Positions 58,880 to 64,000 of a stretch of DNA of 64,000 nt are shown in pieces. Origin of the DNA: Scyliorhinus canicula (taxonomy: Eukaryota); contig NC_052163.1 of NCBI RefSeq assembly GCF_902713615.1, positions 110,735,093-110,799,092 on the forward strand, in the 5' to 3' direction. Each line of letters begins with the position of its first letter. Within the stretch, counting starts at the first letter, position 1. Position numbers and translations under genes: made by a program. The notes below the pieces were generated by a model, which was not told the DNA's origin, searched no databases, and saw only the letters and a list, made by a program, of their open reading frames with translations.

Positions 58880-59427
58880 AGGGCAATACGGTCTCCTTAA
58901 CTGAGAAAGGACGTACTGGTGCTGGAGGGTGTGCAGAGGAGATTCACTAGGTTCATCCCAGAACTGAAGGGGTTGGATTACGAGGAGAGGTTGAGTTGAC
59001 TGGGACTGTACTCGTTGGAATTTAGAAGGATGAGGGGGGGATCTTATAGAAACATTTAAAATTATGAAGGGAATAGATAGGATAGATGCGGGCAGGTTGT
59101 TTCCACTGGCGGGTGAAAGCAGAACTAGGGGACATAGCCTCAAAATAAGGGGAAGTAGATTTAGGACTGAGTTTAGGAGGAACTTCTTCACCTAAAGGGC
59201 TGTGAATCTATGGAATTCCTTGCCCAGTGAAGGCTCCTTCATTAAATGTTTTTAAGGTAAAGATAGATAGTTTTTTGAAGAATAAAGGGATTAAGGGTTA
59301 TGGTGTTCGGGCCGGAAAGTGGAGCTGAGTCCACAAGAGATCAGCCATGATCTCATTGAATGGCGGAGCAGGCTCGAGGGGCCAGATGGCCTACTCCTGC
59401 TCCTAATTCTTATGTTCTTATGTTCTA
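58880..59427 (+). mobile_element. CR1 LINE 3' fragment
   Basis: LEGVQRRFTRFIPELKGLDYEERL..DLIETFKIMKGIDRID; tail (ttcttatg)n. Confidence 0.93.
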
Positions 59428-59454
59428 AGGTCCATCAAGTATCTGACAATGTAC

Positions 59455-60743
59455 ATCGCTGTCAGAGGGTCAGGACTGAGGGAGTGCCGCACTGTCAGAG
59501 GGTCAGTACTGAGGGAGTGCCGCACTGTCAGAGGGTCAGTACTGAGGGAGTGCTGCACGGTCAGAGGGTCAGTACTAAGGGAGTGATGCACTGTCAGAGG
59601 GTCAGTACTGAGTGAGTGATGCACTGTCAGAAGGTCAGTACTGAGAGAGTGCTGCACTGTCAGAGGGTCAGTACTGAAGGAGCGCTGCACTGTCAGAGGG
59701 TCAGTACTGAGGGAGTGCAGCACTGTCAGAGGGTCAGTACTGAGGGAGTGCTACACTGTTAGAGGGTCAGTACTGAGGGAGTGCTGCACTGTAAGAGGGT
59801 CAGTACTGAGGGTGTGCTGCACTGACAGAGGGTCAGTACTGAGGGAGTGCTGCACTGTCAGAGGGTCAGTACTAAGGGAGTGCTGCACTGTCAGAGGGTC
59901 AGTACTAAGGGAGTGCTGCACTGCCAGAGGGTCAGTACTGAGGGAGTGCCGCACTGTCAGAGGGTCAGTACTGAGAGAGTGCTGCACTGTCAGAGGGTCA
60001 GTACTAAGGGAGTGCTGCACTGCCAGAGGGTCAGTACTGAGGGAGTGCCGCACTGTCAGAGGGTCAGTACTGAGAGAGTGCTGCACTGTCAGAGGGTCAG
60101 TACTAAGGGAGTGCCGCACTGTCAGAGGGTCAGTACTGAGGGAGTGCTGCACTGTCAGAGGGTCAGTACTGAGGGTGTGCTGCACTGTCAGAGGGTCAGT
60201 ACTGAGGGTGTGCTGCACTGTCAGAGGGTCAGTACTGAGAGAGTGCTGCACTGTCAGAGGGTCAGTACTGAGGGAGTGCCGCACTGTCAGAGGGTCAGTA
60301 CTGAGGGAGTGCTGCACTGTCAGAGGGTCAGCACTGAGGGAGTGCTGCACTGTCAGAGGGTCAGTACTGAGGGAGTGCTGCACTATCAGAGGGTCAGTAC
60401 TGAGAGAGTGCTGCACTGTCAGAGGGTCAGTACTGAGAGAGTGATGCACTGTCAGGGGGTCAGTACTGAGAGAGTGCTGCACTGTCAGAGGGTCAGTACT
60501 GAGAGAGTGATGCACTGTCAGAGGGTCAGTACTGAGAGAGTGCTGCACTGTCAGAGGGTCAGTACTGAGAGAGTGATGCACTGTCAGAGGGTCAGTACTG
60601 AGAGAGTGCTGCACTGTCAGAGGGTCAGTACTGAGTGAGTGATGCACTGTCAGAGGGTCAGTACTGAGAGAGTGCTGCGCTGTCAGAGGGTCAGTACTGA
60701 AGGAGCGCTGCACTGTCAGAGGGTCAGTACCGAGAGAGTGCTG
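59455..60743. repeat. 33-bp minisatellite (cagtactgagggagtgctgcactgtcagagggt), about 39 copies
   Basis: Regular tandem copies with 11-aa periodic ORFs. Confidence 0.97.
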
Positions 60744-60759
60744 TTAGAATTGCAATTGT

Positions 60760-60897
60760 CCAATGGCACTATTTCAAAGAGGAACAGGAGGCCAGTTTTT
60801 CCTCTGAATCCTGCAGCCAATGTTGATTCCAAAACCAACATCACTGAAGAATTATCTGGTCATTATCACATATCTGTTTGCGGGATCTTTTGGGATG
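60760..60897 (+). mobile_element. Deu-domain SINE (SacSINE1/AmnSINE-like) remnant
   Basis: atggcactatttcaaagag..ccaacatcactg..attatctggtcattatcacat..tgtttgcggga matches the Deu-SINE body as I recall it. Confidence 0.65.
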
Positions 60898-62276
60898 TTG
60901 GGTGATAACACAGTTTGGTTGTACTGAGAGTGTGTGAATGGTTCTCCCCATTGTGCATAACTTATTCATTTATATTGTTGACAATCAAAAGCCGGTCAAG
61001 GACCTGAAATCAAGAACAAATGGACCCGAGATAGAAATTAGCCCCCATCTAATTGTGGAACAGACCCGAGGGGCTGAATGGCCTCCTCCTGTTCCGATGG
61101 TCCATTGGTTTTTAACGTGTCGATCAACGATACGTAACTGCTTAAAAATCAAAACAGGGTGGGGAGTTTTCTAAAAACTTTGACAAATATCTTTCTCTGA
61201 AAGTCACTTGGGGTGGAATTCTCCCCTGGTCTCCACCAGTGGGTTCGTTGGAAGGCGCGGGGGGGGGGGGGGGGGTTGGTGGGGGGTGGGAGGGGGGGGG
61301 GGGTGGGGGGGGGTGGATTTGGTGGGACCCCAAGTATCAGTTTTGCGCCAGTGTGAATTTCCCACGGGATTTGCCCTGACGCCCATCGTAGCGGATCGGG
61401 AAACCCGATGGAGGCCACCATGAAACTCGTTTGCATCCCGCTAATGGGATTGAGATGAAGGTCCAGCCACCCACACCAGATTCCCACGGCACCAGCAGAA
61501 AAACACATCTGGAACATTGCGGCAAGCAGATGTCAGGACTCATCTGAACAATGCTTGGGGCTGCCTCGGGAGATCAGGATGGAGGCCACCCACAACCCTG
61601 GGCCCCCAGACAACCACAGCAGTGGGTGTGGGGGGCAGATGGGGCATCTATCGATGAATCTTCCAGATTCAGTGCCTTGGTGGGCGTCCATCCTCTGGCC
61701 TCAGAATGTTCCAGGAGATCCATCTTATTTCTTCAATCGTGGGTCAGTGATATTGGCCGCCTTTTCAATATGGTTCTCGTATAGTTCCTGTGACTGATCG
61801 ATCAAGAGTAAGGATTTCAGTGAGAGCCTGTTGGTTCATTTTGAAATATCCTTTGTTGTAAGAGGTTGTTGAGTTTGTCGTTGTCTGAATAAACTCAGAA
61901 TGAACAAAATCCATCAGGAAGACAAAGCCACAGAATAACACGGAGCAGAAACTGGATTAATAATGGGCTGTGACTGGACCCACCCAGAACACTATCAATA
62001 ACGGCAGCGACACAGAGAATTCATTCAGCTGCTTCATTTGCCTGATGCAAAAGTATTTGTTTAAATGAGATCATGTCAGCCCTGCAGTTTGTTTTCAAAT
62101 TCTCAACATGATCTATAAAGGCTGCAACACAAAAACTGGAAAATCCGGTTTAAAACACCCGACAAACTGAGAATCCCGCCCACAGTCCATTGTCCGCACC
62201 TCGCCTGTGGCCTTCTTGCGGTGGGTGGGGTGGAAAATTCCAGCCCAACGTCTTCAAACATATGAAAAGACTTTCA

Positions 62277-62508
62277 TTTATTTTTTTATTATAAATTTAG
62301 ATTACCCAATTATTTTTTCCAATTAAGGGGCAATTTTAGCGTGGCCAATCCACCTACTGTGCACATTTTTGGGTTGTGGGGGCGAAACCCACGCAGACAC
62401 GGGGAGAATGTGCAAACTCCTCACGGACAGTGACCCAGAGCCGGGATCGAACCTGGGACCTCAGCGCCGTGAGGCGGTTGTGCTAACCACTAGGCCACCG
62501 TGCTGCCC
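62277..62508 (-). mobile_element. V-SINE, A-tailed form
   Basis: Near-identical to 46015-46241 and 48019-48264; TSD aagactttca. Confidence 0.9.
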
Positions 62509-62779
62509 CAAGACTTTCAGTTATGTAGCAATTTCACAACCTCAGGACATCTGGTAGGAAGTGGAGGAGGCCATTCAGCCCCTTGAATCCATTGAACCAT
62601 TCAATTGGCTGATGATTGATCTGTAACACCATCCACCTGCCTGGGTAACTCTTCACCCCTTTTAAGTTCCATTGGCAAATTCCTTTCTGTTTCAGGCAGT
62701 GCCCCTTTAAGGGGCCGCCCCTTTAATTTGTCCCTCAGTTTATTTGATTTATTTTAATTGGTTGAATGATTTGCCACTG

Positions 62780-63775
62780 TTTGTAGGGGATAGGTTTGCG
62801 GGCTTGAAGAAACGTACCAGTTACCTGAGGGAAATGGGTTCAGGTGAGGGACTTTGTGAGGAGAGAGATGCCGTCCTTCCTGGGGCTGCCACTGCTGGGG
62901 CTACAAGATAAGCTGCTGTCCAAAGGTGACATTGGGGAGGGGAAAGGGTCAGACATTTATAGAGAGCTGATGGAGAGGGAGGGCGCTCCGGTGGAGGAGG
63001 AGTTGGGTGAGGAGGTGAGCGCCAGGCTGTGAAAGGAAGCCCTGCGGAGGGTGAACGCGTCCTCGCCGTGTGCGAGGTGAAGCCTCCTCCAGTTTAATGT
63101 GGCGCACAGGGCCCACATGACGGTGGCGAGGATGAGCCGGTTCTTTGCAGAGGTGGAGGATAGGGGTGGGCGATGTGCTGGGTGGGGGGAGGGGGGAGGG
63201 AATCACGTCCACATGTTCCGCCACCAAAGCTGTCCAGAGCTGAGGGGAGCCGGCGTTCCCGGATGTTATATCCGAGATTATGGGCCTGGGGTGGCCCCGG
63301 GTTCGGAGGTGCCGATATTCAGAGTGTTGGAAGAGCCGGGGGGGTCTACGTGGGGAGAGAGGTCAATGTCCTGGCCTTTGCCTCCCTGATAGCCTGGCGA
63401 TGGATCTTGTTGAGTTGGCAGGACTCAGGGCCACCAAAGGCGGGGTGGGGGGGGGGGGTCAGTGACCCACCAGAATTCCTGCACTGAATTCCACCACTGG
63501 CCTTACGGGGAGTGGAGGCGGAGTTCACTCGAAGGTGGAAGCCACTTGTCGACTTCCTTAAAGTGAATGAAGGCGTCAGCAGGGGTGGGGGTGTTCGGGT
63601 TTTTTTGTCTTTGCTTCAGGAGGGGGGGGGGAAGCTAAGGGGAGAAACTAAGGGGGCGGGGTGAGTATGGGCTTGTTATCAATGGTCACAGTTGACTTCG
63701 GGTTCTGTGTCTGGTTTTCTGATATTTTTCTGTTTAGACGCAAAACGTGTTCAATAAAAATATTTTTAAAAATAA
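62780..63775 (+). mobile_element. L1 ORF2 3' fragment
   Basis: AHRAHMTVARMSRFF, NHVHMF and VLAFASLIAWRWILL; aataaa at about 63753. Confidence 0.85.
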
Positions 63776-63867
63776 ATGATTTGCCACAAAATAGGGTCAT
63801 TGGTAATCCCTTCTGCCATGAGACTGTCACTTTAAGAAATGTTTGGCTGCTCATGTTACTGCCGTGA

Positions 63868-64000
63868 TGTCAGAGTGTGGGTGGAGCTGACCTCTGGCTC
63901 TGCTTTTTAGTTTCGCTTTGAGGAAAAGCTTGGGTGGGTCTGTGTGTTTTTTAGTTTCATTTTCAGTGTTGGAGCTGAAGCCAGACAGAGCAGGTGCACT
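63868..64000 (+). mobile_element. Possible LTR-like repeat running off the right edge
   Basis: Abrupt change to tgtcagagtgtgggtggagctg..; truncated by the window. Confidence 0.3.

Overview
Vertebrate genomic DNA, most likely from an elasmobranch (shark). This is inferred from HE1/V-SINE-type, Deu-SINE-type and CR1 repeats, not proven. The only host genes I can support are two tandem, two-exon proteinase-activated receptor 4-like (F2RL3/PAR4-like) GPCR genes on the minus strand. Gene A is 11524-11443 + 7387-6324 (381 aa) and gene B is 36673-36595 + 31737-30728 (362 aa); I found both signal-peptide exons by hand. The genes are about 97.6% identical over an ungapped 743-bp block (end of TM1/ICL1 to helix 8) but strongly diverged in exon 1, cleavage site/tethered ligand, TM1 and C-tail, which suggests gene conversion of the signalling core. 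The rest is mostly mobile DNA: two near-complete defective Gypsy LTR elements, several solo LTRs and decayed Gypsy copies, CR1 and L1 fragments, at least three SINE families, Harbinger and hAT MITEs, and many minisatellites, several seeded from transposon sequence. The most notable hidden signal is in the two Gypsy elements. Neither has a tRNA primer-binding site. Each instead carries a 13-nt sequence complementary to its own LTR poly(A)-signal segment, with covarying sequence and identical spacing, suggesting tRNA-independent self-priming and/or masking of the 5' poly(A) site.
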